A stretch of DNA of 64,000 nucleotides from Oscillospiraceae bacterium (lineage in GTDB: Bacteria; Bacillota; Clostridia; Oscillospirales; CAG-272), in contig SVSK01000002.1 in assembly GCA_015064345.1 (NCBI GenBank), positions 82 through 64,081 on the forward strand, given 5' to 3'. Within the stretch, counting starts at the first letter, position 1; every line of letters begins with the position of its first letter. The translations under genes and the position numbers were made by a program. Shown here piece by piece: positions 8,018-16,868 of this stretch. The notes under the pieces were generated by a model that made no database searches, was not told the DNA's origin, and saw only the letters and a program-made list of their open reading frames with translations.

Positions 8018-9904
8018 TCAAAGGATCTCGCTGAGAAGCACTTTCTTTGTTTCTCTTGCGCCGATGCCGATGTAACGTGAGCTGTCACCAAAGTTGATGT
8101 ATTCACCGTCAATGATCGGATAAATTGAATATGCACGAACGTCTCCTGCGCCAAGCGTGACTGCTTCTTCGCTGTCTGCAGTGATTCGTGTGTACTTCTT
8201 TGTGAAGTATTCGTATGCTACGTATTCGGTGTCCGCCTTGATATCGGGAACAACATTCCACTTAAAGGTTTCGCTTATGTCTTCATTGCAGATGTTGAAC
8301 AGTGCTACTGCAACGGCATCTCCCTTGCTGTTAAAGGTCTTGACAAGCTTTCTGTCCTTCTTGCAGTCTATGTAAATGCAGTCGTAAGTGGGCATTGCGT
8401 AGTGGTCAAGACGGCAGATATCACCGTTTTCGCCAACTACAGGGATGATATTGTCGCGGTTTGTGTCGCCGGTAGCGTCGCTGATGTAGATGGGTCCGCC
8501 GGAGATCGCACGAAGCAGGCCGCTCTGCACAGGATCAGACTTGCCGGACCACCACATATCGTAGTCGCAATGCATAACCTGTGAATGCCAGATCGCGTTG
8601 TAGATGTTCTGACGGAGGTGCATCTCGAATCCGTTTTCACGGTCGGGATAGAAGTCGTCGCTGTTGCGGTTCATGGCGGTATACGGTCTTGTCTGAACGT
8701 TTTCAAGGTCCATACCCATGCAGTTTATCACAGTGCCGCCGAAGTGCTTGTTGATAGAACGCTCTATTGCCTCGTGGTTGATCCAAACGCCTTCCATTAC
8801 GGGACAAATTCCGATGTAAAGGTAACCGCATCCGCCCTGGTTGTCAACCTTTACAAAGTCAACACCGCAGTCGCTCAAATAGCTGTGCCAGTCATCCCAG
8901 AACTTGTACTGCTTGTCAAGGTCGTTGACCGGTACTATTCTGCCCCACTCAGGACTGAATACAAGGCTGTCGGCGTGAGACTTATTAAGCTCTGAATCGG
9001 GATGAATGCCCTGCCAATATGCGTGAATAGTGTGCCAAACACCGACTTTTTCAATTCCGTAGTCTTCCTTGATGCGGCGGATACATTCCTTCAGACCCTC
9101 GGGGAACTTTTCTCTGTCTTCCTCAAATGCCTTAAGCTTGTTTCCTTCAACAGGTGACCAGCCGTCATCAATAATGATCCATTTAACGGGGATGTTCTTA
9201 TCCTTCAGCTCATCAAGCTTTGCGTATATCTTCTCGGAGGTGGGCTGCTGATAGAATGCGTTCCAGCTGCACCAGCCGAAATCTTCAAACATTTCGGGAT
9301 ATTCTCTACCATCGCGGAGAGGTACTCTGATAGCACCTACTTCACGTGCATGACGATAGTTAATTTCCATGGACTTGAGCGGGTCGGAAGCCACAGTAAC
9401 AGCCATAACGGGACCGAAGAAACATGTAGATCCCTTTGTTCCAACATAGCAGAAGAGGCCGTCTTTGTCAATGGCGCTGCGGTGCTGTGTGCCAACGAGG
9501 GTGGTAACAGCGTAGTGGTCGTCTCCCAAGCGGAGAAGCATATTCTCACTCTTCTCACCGTGGTTTTTGATCTGGATATCCCATGTGCAGTACATCCAGC
9601 AAGGACCACCGCAGTGGTGGTAGATAAGTGCGTTATCAGCAAAATCTGTCTCCGCAGGCACAATAACAGGTTTATCTCCAAGGGGACGGGTGGACTTTAC
9701 ATCAATGTAGAATACCGCCGATTCTTCTGTGTATTCTGCTTTGAGTACGACTTCCGCATCTTTGCTCTTGCCGAACCAAGACACAGTCTTTCCGTCATCA
9801 AAAAAGCTTACGGGTATGCGCTGTGTGCTGCCGTCTTCGAAATATACGACGGGATTTATTCCCTTAAGCAGGCTGTTCGCCGCTGTTTTTACAAGTTTAT
9901 TCAT
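8018..9904 (-). CDS. Raffinose synthase/Sip1-family glycoside hydrolase (GH36-type alpha-galactosidase-like), paralogue A
   Basis: Same signature blocks (FGWCSWNAFY, IIDDGWSP, VDFVKVDNQ, NSDDFYP, LRAISGGPIYISD). No signal peptide. Confidence 0.85.
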   Translation of the reverse strand: MNKLVKTAANSLLKGINPVVYFEDGSTQRIPVSFFDDGKTVSWFGKSKDAEVVLKAEYTEESAVFYIDVKSTRPLGDKPVIVPAETDFADNALIYHHCGGPCWMYCTWDIQIKNHGEKSENMLLRLGDDHYAVTTLVGTQHRSAIDKDGLFCYVGTKGSTCFFGPVMAVTVASDPLKSMEINYRHAREVGAIRVPLRDGREYPEMFEDFGWCSWNAFYQQPTSEKIYAKLDELKDKNIPVKWIIIDDGWSPVEGNKLKAFEEDREKFPEGLKECIRRIKEDYGIEKVGVWHTIHAYWQGIHPDSELNKSHADSLVFSPEWGRIVPVNDLDKQYKFWDDWHSYLSDCGVDFVKVDNQGGCGYLYIGICPVMEGVWINHEAIERSINKHFGGTVINCMGMDLENVQTRPYTAMNRNSDDFYPDRENGFEMHLRQNIYNAIWHSQVMHCDYDMWWSGKSDPVQSGLLRAISGGPIYISDATGDTNRDNIIPVVGENGDICRLDHYAMPTYDCIYIDCKKDRKLVKTFNSKGDAVAVALFNICNEDISETFKWNVVPDIKADTEYVAYEYFTKKYTRITADSEEAVTLGAGDVRAYSIYPIIDGEYINFGDSSRYIGIGARETKKVLLSEIL

Positions 9905-9934
9905 GGATGCCCTCCAAAGTTATTAATTAATCCC

Positions 9935-9963
9935 ATTTTAACAGAATGCGCGGGTCGTGTCAA
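9935..9963 (-). promoter_or_regulatory. Sigma-A-type promoter for the GH36 pair
   Basis: Minus strand TTGACA (9958-9963), 17-nt spacer, TAAAAT (9935-9940). Confidence 0.55.
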
Positions 9964-10074
9964 TGATATTAGCGAATATATTTCACTATTTCTTTGAGTT
10001 AACCTCTTCCATGTTCGAAAAAATTGTGATATAATACGTATATTAACTCGCAACTCACACGGAGGTATCCGATT

Positions 10075-10623
10075 ATGAATAAGAAAATGCTGAATATCAC
10101 TAAGGAAAAGCTTGAAAATATCATAAATTTGGCAAACGCAGGTGATGCGGGAGCGCAGTATACCACGGCAATTCTCCTTCTGCAGGGTGAATTTCTCCCC
10201 GAAAATGAGGAAAAGGCTGTTGAATACCTTGAAAAAGCTCATGCGCAGGGATTTACCGAAGCAACGTACGAGCTTGCGGTTTGCTGCCACTATGGAATCG
10301 GAATGGATGCTGACATGGCCCGCGCTTTTGAGCTGTATAAGACAAGCGCTGAAGCAGGCTACGGAATGGGCATGGCTGTTATGGGTAAAATTTACCTTGA
10401 CGGCAACGGAGTAGAGAGTAATCCTGCCCTTGCCATGGAGTGGTTCGAGAAAGCGATCGCTTCGAAGGACACGGAGGCAGTGGCATATGCTGAATTTCTC
10501 ATCGCCGGTTGCTACCGAGACGGAATCGGCGTAGAGAAGGATGAAGACACCGCTATGGAGTGGTACAAGAAATCGGCACTACACGGTGACATCAGGGCAA
10601 GAAGAATCGTAGGAATGGTGTAA
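10075..10623 (+). CDS. Sel1-like (SLR/TPR-type) repeat protein
   Basis: Repeated ~36-aa units with A..WY/F.KAA..G motifs (EKAVEYLEKAHAQG, AFELYKTSAEAGY, AMEWFEKAIAS, AMEWYKKSALHGD). ATG lies 8 nt after GGAGG. Confidence 0.7.
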   Translation: MNKKMLNITKEKLENIINLANAGDAGAQYTTAILLLQGEFLPENEEKAVEYLEKAHAQGFTEATYELAVCCHYGIGMDADMARAFELYKTSAEAGYGMGMAVMGKIYLDGNGVESNPALAMEWFEKAIASKDTEAVAYAEFLIAGCYRDGIGVEKDEDTAMEWYKKSALHGDIRARRIVGMV

Positions 10624-10677
10624 AACGGCCTCTTTGGCAACCGCTGAATTTTCTTAAAACTTTTTCAAAAATAAGTA

Positions 10678-10706
10678 TTGACAAAGCAGGTCAAATGTGG
10701 TATTAT
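10678..10706 (+). promoter_or_regulatory. Consensus promoter of the tRNA-Arg gene
   Basis: TTGACA (10678-10683), 17-nt spacer ending in TGg (extended -10), TATTAT (10701-10706). Confidence 0.65.
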
Positions 10707-10724
10707 ATATGAGCGTTCAGCGAT

Positions 10725-10797
10725 GCGCTACTAGCTCAGTGGATAGAGTGCCCGGCTACGAACCGGTAGGTCGCAGGTTCGAATCCTGCGTGGCGCG
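10725..10797 (+). tRNA. tRNA-Arg (anticodon ACG), 73 nt, CCA not encoded
   Basis: Hand-folded cloverleaf. Acceptor GCGCTAC/GTGGCGC, D stem GCTC/GAGT, anticodon loop CT-ACG-AA, T arm GCAGG-TTCGAAT-CCTGC, discriminator G. Confidence 0.9.
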
Positions 10798-10801
10798 TAA
10801 A

Positions 10802-10837
10802 AATAACCGATTCCCTTTGGAGTCGGTTATTTTTTTG
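10802..10837 (+). terminator. Rho-independent terminator after tRNA-Arg
   Basis: ATAACCGAT pairs with AGTCGGTTAT (10821-10830), followed by T7 (10831-10837). Confidence 0.75.
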
Positions 10838-10911
10838 TGTTTCTGCAGATTGAGAAGCTGTATGGCAGTTGCCGCTGATCGAGAAAAATCGGCTTTTTGA
10901 ATGCAAGCTGC

Positions 10912-10927
10912 CGAGGTTCAGAATCCT
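10912..10927 (+). repeat. Direct repeat copy 1 (CGAGGTTCAGAATCCT), tRNA T-arm-derived
   Basis: 10914-10932 AGGTTCAGAATCCTGCGTG matches tRNA positions 10775-10792 AGGTTCGAATCCTGCGTG except for one inserted A. Exact 16-mer is shared with 12850-12865. Confidence 0.8.
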
Positions 10928-10974
10928 GCGTGAGAAGTGTGGGCAACGCTGCATCTCGTAGGTGATTTATTTTG

Positions 10975-11802
10975 CTATTTCGAAATAAACGGAGTATTTC
11001 TCACATGCGCCTGCAAGCAATAGTCGCCCTTATATCCGATCTCCTTTGCCATGATAAACAATGCAATCAGGTTATGCCTCGGTCTTGAATAATACAGCGT
11101 GCGTTCCTCCCCGTTAATTGTAACTTTCTGCTTCCAGATCATCCTTAGCAGCAACAGATCATCTAATACTTCACCAATACTATCGTTCAGGATTCCGCAC
11201 TCCTTCGCAAGTACCGAGCTTTCAAAAACATAATTCTGAGCTCTATGATACAAGTATATCAAAGCTTTTATTGTGTCAGCACGTGAGAGTGCCGCAAAGA
11301 TCTTTTGCAAATCGTCAATGTTGTTCAAAAAATATCCGTATCCCTCATCCGGCTCGGGAAATACGGAGAAGAACGGCTCTTTTCCGTTAGATACGATTGT
11401 AAACCCGTTATCGCTGAGAATATATGATGATTTTTTCTGAGTTTTGATTTCATCCGGATCATATTTCTTTTCGATCTCCATACGGCAGTTAAATAAGCCG
11501 CGTTCGATCTGCCAGCCTATCTCACGGGCAACGTTGAAGCGCTCTTTTTCCACAGTATTATGAATCAATTTTATAATTCTAGCCGAAATATCTGCCATGG
11601 AAACAGAATCATTCCCAAATAGCTCGTCAAGAGAAACATCAAGCTCGGTGGCAAGAGGGACGAGAAGCGCACCATCGGGGTATGTTTCGCTTGTTTCCCA
11701 TTTTGAAACCGCTTGCGCCGAAACACCGAGCTTTGTGGCAAGCTGCTCTTGTGTCATATTCTTTTCAAGGCGCAATCTTTTGATATTAGCAGACAAACTC
11801 AT
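10975..11802 (-). CDS. XRE-family HTH transcriptional regulator with ~200-aa C-terminal domain
   Basis: N-terminal HTH ..KNMTQEQLATKLGVSAQAVSKWETSETYPD... Paralogue of the upstream gene, 1-nt spacer. Confidence 0.75.
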   Translation of the reverse strand: MSLSANIKRLRLEKNMTQEQLATKLGVSAQAVSKWETSETYPDGALLVPLATELDVSLDELFGNDSVSMADISARIIKLIHNTVEKERFNVAREIGWQIERGLFNCRMEIEKKYDPDEIKTQKKSSYILSDNGFTIVSNGKEPFFSVFPEPDEGYGYFLNNIDDLQKIFAALSRADTIKALIYLYHRAQNYVFESSVLAKECGILNDSIGEVLDDLLLLRMIWKQKVTINGEERTLYYSRPRHNLIALFIMAKEIGYKGDYCLQAHVRNTPFISK

Positions 11803-11803
11803 C

Positions 11804-12667
11804 TTATTTACCTCCGATCATTTTGCATCTGCCGTTGAAATTGTGTTCATACGATTGTCTGCCGCACATTCTCTCAAAAGCAAGCGATATCAAGGACAGA
11901 ACAATTCCATCACCGTAGCACTCATAAACCCTTACTTCACCTTCAGCAAGGTACGCAGTGACACAATGGCATTCACCGACGGAGCAGAATTCGTCGAGGA
12001 TTTCTGTAACACGTTCTTTATTCAATCCCGTTTTGTCCGCAATATAGTCTGCCGTGAAGCTTTCGGAGCAGTTGGTTGAATGAACAAAATAAAGCACGGA
12101 AAGCGCATCTTCGCTCGACAAGAACTTAAAAATCTTAACGATTTCCTTTTGATTATTTACATCATTCATCCATGCAAAGTTTGCCTTATTCCTTAGCATC
12201 ATCACGGCTACATTCACATTTTCTGAGCTTGCTACAAACTCAAAAAATTCATGAATCGATATGTTAGAACGGTAAAAATGTGATATCTCGGACGGAAAAA
12301 CATTTTCCTCGTCATAAACATCATCATAATATTTAGAAACTGTTCCGTACATCGCTGGTACAAGTGCTTTCACCGTTTCAAATGCCTTGAGTACTGATTC
12401 CCGACGGTCAAGTCCTGCAAACAGAGAGCGTATTTCCTCTTTTGTACTTTGCTTTTTGTCCTCGGATAGTCCGAGAAGCGTATCGGTGGTGACGCAGTAA
12501 TATTTTGCAAGTTCTACAAGCATAGGAAGATCCGGCGTTGAAGCGCCATTCTCCCATTTTGAAACAGTTTTATTTGAGACAGATAGGCTTTGTGCCACAT
12601 CTTCTTGCGTTACTCCCTTTGAAGTTCGGAGTTCTGCCAATTTTTCTGCAATCTTGCATTCGTACAT
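11804..12667 (-). CDS. XRE-family HTH transcriptional regulator with ~200-aa C-terminal domain
   Basis: N-terminal HTH ..KGVTQEDVAQSLSVSNKTVSKWENGASTPD... Confidence 0.75.
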   Translation of the reverse strand: MYECKIAEKLAELRTSKGVTQEDVAQSLSVSNKTVSKWENGASTPDLPMLVELAKYYCVTTDTLLGLSEDKKQSTKEEIRSLFAGLDRRESVLKAFETVKALVPAMYGTVSKYYDDVYDEENVFPSEISHFYRSNISIHEFFEFVASSENVNVAVMMLRNKANFAWMNDVNNQKEIVKIFKFLSSEDALSVLYFVHSTNCSESFTADYIADKTGLNKERVTEILDEFCSVGECHCVTAYLAEGEVRVYECYGDGIVLSLISLAFERMCGRQSYEHNFNGRCKMIGGK

Positions 12668-12712
12668 ATTTTTCCCCTCTCAAAAAATTCAAGTTCCGGA
12701 GCTTGTGACTAT

Positions 12713-12741
12713 ATTGTACACAAAACCGTCAGTAGAGTCAA
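12713..12741 (-). promoter_or_regulatory. Promoter of the XRE pair
   Basis: Minus strand TTGACT (12736-12741), 17-nt spacer, TACAAT (12713-12718). Confidence 0.5.
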
Positions 12742-12849
12742 CTGAGCAATATTTTATTATTTCTCCGAAACGGAGATTTATCGCTTTGAAAACAAACGAT
12801 TAGTTGAGCCGTTAAGTCGTGGATATATTTACCATACAGTTGCTTAATA

Positions 12850-12865
12850 CGAGGTTCAGAATCCT
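12850..12865 (+). repeat. Direct repeat copy 2 (CGAGGTTCAGAATCCT)
   Basis: Exact 16-nt match to 10912-10927. Confidence 0.8.
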
Positions 12866-12894
12866 CTATATCAAACTCCCCCCCCACTTTCCCC

Positions 12895-12923
12895 TTGCAT
12901 TTCAGCTACAAATGTGGTAAAAT
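12895..12923 (+). promoter_or_regulatory. Promoter of the GH32 gene
   Basis: TTGCAT (12895-12900), 17-nt spacer ending in TGg, TAAAAT (12918-12923). Confidence 0.5.
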
Positions 12924-12954
12924 AATGGCAAACCCACACACGGAGGCGACACTT

Positions 12955-14511
12955 ATGAAAATAGAAATAAAGCACAGATATCTTGTGTTTCCCGTTAACA
13001 CATTCTCTCCGCAGATAAAGTTCCGTTTTTATGACGAGGGAGACGAGGTGTATTACCTCAACGTCAAGTTAAATCCCGACGAGCCTACTTTTGCCGCTTA
13101 CGTTGACATGGAAAGATACATGGGCAAAACCATCGAGATCAAAACTTTCCCCGAGGTGGAAATTGTATATTCCGAGGCGGACACAATGAATCTGCCGAAT
13201 CTCTATAAAGAGCCCTACCGCCCCCAGGTTCACTTCACAACAAAGAACGGTTGGCTGAACGACCCCAACGCTCTTATCTACGTAAACGGTGAATACCACA
13301 TGTTCTACCAGCACAACCCTTGCGAGAGCAAATGGAACAATATGCACTGGGCACACGCTGTGAGTCCCGACCTTATCCACTGGACAGAGCTTGGTATCGC
13401 CCTCGGTCCGGACAAGTACGGCGAGATCTTCTCAGGAAACGCATTCATTGATAAAGACAACCTTCTCGGCCACAAGGTGGGTGACGAAGATGCCGTTCTC
13501 CTCTACTACACGGGCACTTCCCCTCTCGCCCAGTATCTGGCATATTCAAATGACGGAATGAAGACCTTCCACAAGTACGGGGAGCCTGTAGTGCCGAAGA
13601 TCCTCAACACCAGCACCGACCCGCAGGTGATCTTCTGCGACGAGTGGAACACTTACATAATGTCTCTCTATCTTGAAAACGATATGTTCGGAATTCTGAG
13701 ATCGGATGATCTTCTTAACTGGGAGCTTGTTCAGAGAATTCAGCTTCCGGGGGATAAAGAATGTCCCGATCTCTTCCCGATGGTGGCAGACGACGGTAAG
13801 CGCAAGTGGGTGCTGATCGGTGCGAGAAACCGCTACCTTGTAGGCGACTTCACAAGCGACGGATTCGTGCCTACACAGGAAGTACTCTCATTCAGCCACT
13901 CAAGCTCTGCTTATGCAGGTCATACGTTCTGCGAGCTTCCGAATAATCGCAAGGTTAGGCTGGACTGGGAGCAGTGGAATCAGCCGTTCTTCCTCTTCTC
14001 TATCTACGGTCAGATGAGCGTTCCTTACGAGCTGAGGCTTGAAAAGCACGGAGACATCTATTATCTTTGCGGCGAGCTGATATCCGAGTTCGAGACTCTT
14101 TACGACGGCAGCTCTTCTTATGAAAATATTGAGATTCAGCAGAGAAAGCCTTTCATTATCCCCATCGAGCAGAAGCCTTATGTGGTTAAAATGAGCTGTA
14201 CTGCTGAGGATGCAGAGGTTGAGCTGTCACTCTTTGGCCGCACTCTGTACTTTGACACAAAACAGAACATAGTTTCCTTTGGCGGAGGCAGAACCGCTCC
14301 CATATCATACACCTCGGGCAAAATTGATCTGACTCTGGTCATTGACACGTTCAGTAATGAGATGTTCCTTGACGGCGGCAAGATCTACGTTGGCCTTGTT
14401 GACCGCGAGGTTGCTCCAAACTACAACTTCACAAAGCTTGACATCTATTCCGACAAGGATATTACGGTAGAAAAGCTTGAACTTCACCCTCTTAAGTCCA
14501 TGTGGGAATAA
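12955..14511 (+). CDS. Glycoside hydrolase family 32 (beta-fructofuranosidase / sucrose-6-phosphate hydrolase-like), cytoplasmic
   Basis: WLNDPNALIYVNGEYHMFYQHNP (nucleophile block), TDPQV (RDP-like block), KECPDLF (acid/base block). No signal peptide. ATG 12955 lies 8 nt after GGAGG and downstream of the promoter, so track start 12895 is rejected. Confidence 0.85.
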   Translation: MKIEIKHRYLVFPVNTFSPQIKFRFYDEGDEVYYLNVKLNPDEPTFAAYVDMERYMGKTIEIKTFPEVEIVYSEADTMNLPNLYKEPYRPQVHFTTKNGWLNDPNALIYVNGEYHMFYQHNPCESKWNNMHWAHAVSPDLIHWTELGIALGPDKYGEIFSGNAFIDKDNLLGHKVGDEDAVLLYYTGTSPLAQYLAYSNDGMKTFHKYGEPVVPKILNTSTDPQVIFCDEWNTYIMSLYLENDMFGILRSDDLLNWELVQRIQLPGDKECPDLFPMVADDGKRKWVLIGARNRYLVGDFTSDGFVPTQEVLSFSHSSSAYAGHTFCELPNNRKVRLDWEQWNQPFFLFSIYGQMSVPYELRLEKHGDIYYLCGELISEFETLYDGSSSYENIEIQQRKPFIIPIEQKPYVVKMSCTAEDAEVELSLFGRTLYFDTKQNIVSFGGGRTAPISYTSGKIDLTLVIDTFSNEMFLDGGKIYVGLVDREVAPNYNFTKLDIYSDKDITVEKLELHPLKSMWE

Positions 14512-14559
14512 AACAAAAACCGATACCTGTGTGAGTCCACCGGGTATCGGTAATTTTTT
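14512..14559. terminator. Bidirectional terminator between GH32 and xpt
   Basis: ACCGATACC (14519-14527) pairs with GGTATCGGT (14543-14551), flanked by an A run upstream and a T run downstream. Confidence 0.7.
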
Positions 14560-14566
14560 GCTTATT

Positions 14567-15148
14567 TTACTGTTCGCGGAATGTGATCTCGCCTGTTTCT
14601 GCGTCCATAGCATCTACTATTGCGATAGATTCGAGGTGATAGCCAAGATTACGGATGCTTCTGCCGCCAAACTGGAATCCCTTTTCAATTGCTATACCAA
14701 GACCTTCCACGGTCGCACCTGCAGATTCTGTTATAGAGATAAGTCCCTGAAGTGCACATCCGTTTGCAAGGAAGTCGTCGATGATGAGAACGTGGTCGTC
14801 GGGACTGAGGAATTTCTTTGACACTATAACCTGATTTTTGTTCTTGTGAGTGAAAGATTCAACCTCTGCAACGTACATATCTCCGTCGATGTTTACGCTC
14901 TTTGATTTCTTCGCAAAAACAAGCGGAACATTAAAGCAGCGCGCCACAGAACACGCGATTGCAATGCCGGATGCTTCGATTGTCAGCACCTTATTGATGT
15001 TCTTTCCGGCAAATCTGCGCTTAAACTCCTCGCCCAGCTGGTCCATAAGTGTAATGTCCATCTGATGGTTAAGAAAGCTGTCTACCTTCAGCACGTTTCC
15101 CGGTTTTACAACTCCGTCTTTAATGATTCTTTCTTCCAAAAAGTTCAT
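14567..15148 (-). CDS. xpt: Xanthine phosphoribosyltransferase
   Basis: [22 protein letters not shown].. N terminus typical of Xpt. PRPP-binding loop [11 protein letters not shown]. 193 aa. Confidence 0.9.
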   Translation of the reverse strand: MNFLEERIIKDGVVKPGNVLKVDSFLNHQMDITLMDQLGEEFKRRFAGKNINKVLTIEASGIAIACSVARCFNVPLVFAKKSKSVNIDGDMYVAEVESFTHKNKNQVIVSKKFLSPDDHVLIIDDFLANGCALQGLISITESAGATVEGLGIAIEKGFQFGGRSIRNLGYHLESIAIVDAMDAETGEITFREQ

Positions 15149-15177
15149 ACTGCCACCCCTATACCGTAATTTGTCTA

Positions 15178-15206
15178 ATTATAGCACATATTTTGCAATT
15201 TGTCAG
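15178..15206 (-). promoter_or_regulatory. Promoter of xpt (short leader, no riboswitch)
   Basis: Minus strand CTGACA (15201-15206), 17-nt spacer, TGcTATAAT (-10 at 15178-15183). Only about 30 nt remain to the start codon. Confidence 0.5.
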
Positions 15207-15302
15207 TATTTTTCAAAAAAAATCTCTCATTTTATAAATTGTCAAAGCCCATCCTCAAATGAAGACGGGCTTTGTTATGTTTTGCAGAGCTACTGTTCCG
15301 CT

Positions 15303-16601
15303 TTATAATTTTCTGATAGTGTAGAGACTGTTCATCACACTCCAAAGAGCGGGAAAATATTTCATAATATTCCACACTCCTGCCCCGTCAAGACCGTATT
15401 CCGACACAAGCCGCAGCATTGCGTCCGAGCTTCTTGCATTTCCGAACCAAACGATATGCTCTACTGCGTCGTCGTAGGTCTCGGGTCTGTCATAATAGGT
15501 AAAATACGGTGCCTGTGCCACGTCATCGTATTCTATTGCCACTCCTCTGTCAAGTGCAAGCTGTACTGCTTCTACGTTTCCGAGGGATCTGGCCTTTGAC
15601 TCCCCTCTCACATACGGCAGCGGCCAGTCGTACCCGTAGTTGGGGATTCCGACAAATATCTTCTCCCTCGGTATCTCCGTAACAGCGTAGTCTATAACCC
15701 GTCGCACCTCATTGATGGGAGACACAGGCAGGGGCGGGCCGTATGTGTATCCCCACTCGTAAGTCATGAGCAATACGTTATCGGCAGCCTCACCGAGCAA
15801 GCCGTAATCGTGTCCTCCGTACAGTAGTCCCGGCTGATCAGCACGGTATTTGGGAGCAAGAGAGACAAAGACACGGTATTCTTCCCCCAGTGCATCAGAC
15901 AGCCGTGCGATAAAATTCGCATAAGCCGACGAATATTCCGCGGGAATGTACTCAAAATCCACGTCCACCCCGCCGTAACCTTTTTCAGCCACGGTAGTAA
16001 CTACGCTGTTTATTACCACATTCGCAAGTTCCTCATTGGCCAGCACCTCTGCCGCAAGCTTTGATGAGAACGTACCTCGCTCCGTAAGTGACGTCAGTAC
16101 CAGCAGCGGCACAGTCCCGTATTCACGAGCAAGATTCAGCACGCCCTCTTCGTCTCCCTCGGGTGGGATCAATCCACCATCATCACGAATACCGTAGGAA
16201 AATACCGACAGATATGTCAGATACGGTAATGTTCGCCGAAGTACCGCTTGGTCTATCGTGAGATACGCATATCCGTTTGAGGATATCTCACCAAGCGGAG
16301 ATGTATCGTATGAAATGTTCAGCACCTGCCCGGGATAGATTGACGGTAGTCCGCCGAGGATGGGGTTGTTTCTGTACATATCAAGCAGAGAGATTCCGTA
16401 AAGTGCCGCGATACGCTCAAGGGTCTCACCCCCTTTGACCGTATGAGTAACTGTCGGGAACAGTATCACCAAATCCTGCCCAACCACGAGCCGCCCGGGA
16501 TTTGAGAGAAGATTATCCGTTATTATCCTGGTGGGTGGGATACCGTACTCTCTTGCGATAGAGTAGACACTATCCCCTCTTTCCACAGTATGTATAAGCA
16601 T
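15303..16601 (-). CDS. LysM-LysM-GH18 peptidoglycan hydrolase (SleL/YaaH-like spore cortex-lytic enzyme)
   Basis: Two LysM repeats (HTVERGDSVYSIAREYG, HTVKGGETLERIAALYG) followed by the GH18 catalytic block GGVDVDFEY. 432 aa. Confidence 0.8.
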   Translation of the reverse strand: MLIHTVERGDSVYSIAREYGIPPTRIITDNLLSNPGRLVVGQDLVILFPTVTHTVKGGETLERIAALYGISLLDMYRNNPILGGLPSIYPGQVLNISYDTSPLGEISSNGYAYLTIDQAVLRRTLPYLTYLSVFSYGIRDDGGLIPPEGDEEGVLNLAREYGTVPLLVLTSLTERGTFSSKLAAEVLANEELANVVINSVVTTVAEKGYGGVDVDFEYIPAEYSSAYANFIARLSDALGEEYRVFVSLAPKYRADQPGLLYGGHDYGLLGEAADNVLLMTYEWGYTYGPPLPVSPINEVRRVIDYAVTEIPREKIFVGIPNYGYDWPLPYVRGESKARSLGNVEAVQLALDRGVAIEYDDVAQAPYFTYYDRPETYDDAVEHIVWFGNARSSDAMLRLVSEYGLDGAGVWNIMKYFPALWSVMNSLYTIRKL

Positions 16602-16868
16602 GAAAAAACCAACCTTTCGCTATATATGATCCGTTTATGATCAGTATATGCGGCATTTCACATTCTGATGACAATATTTCGGTGATATAATAAAAATAAT
16701 ACGCCCATCCCTCTCGACAATTCGACTGCAAAGTGTTATCATATTGTTAGCGTAACGTAAATACCAAAGATATTATTTCGATTTGGTTTTTCGTAAATAT
16801 TTCGTTTTATACCGGCAAATACTACCCTCAGATAAATACTATCTAATTTATTGATTCGAGGTAATACA

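Noticed and set aside
10697-10954. Small ORFs 10697-10900 (+) and 10736-10954 (-)
   Set aside because: They overlap the tRNA-Arg gene and its terminator. They have no RBS and are artefacts of six-frame translation.
15149-15240. Purine riboswitch upstream of xpt
   Set aside because: The promoter at 15178-15206 leaves a leader of only about 30 nt. No three-way-junction-sized structure or conserved purine-riboswitch core is visible.
15244-15273. Hairpin AAAGCCC/GGGCTTT as terminator of the LysM-GH18 gene
   Set aside because: The stem is only 7 bp with a 16-nt loop, and on the minus strand it is not followed by a U tract. It was left unannotated.
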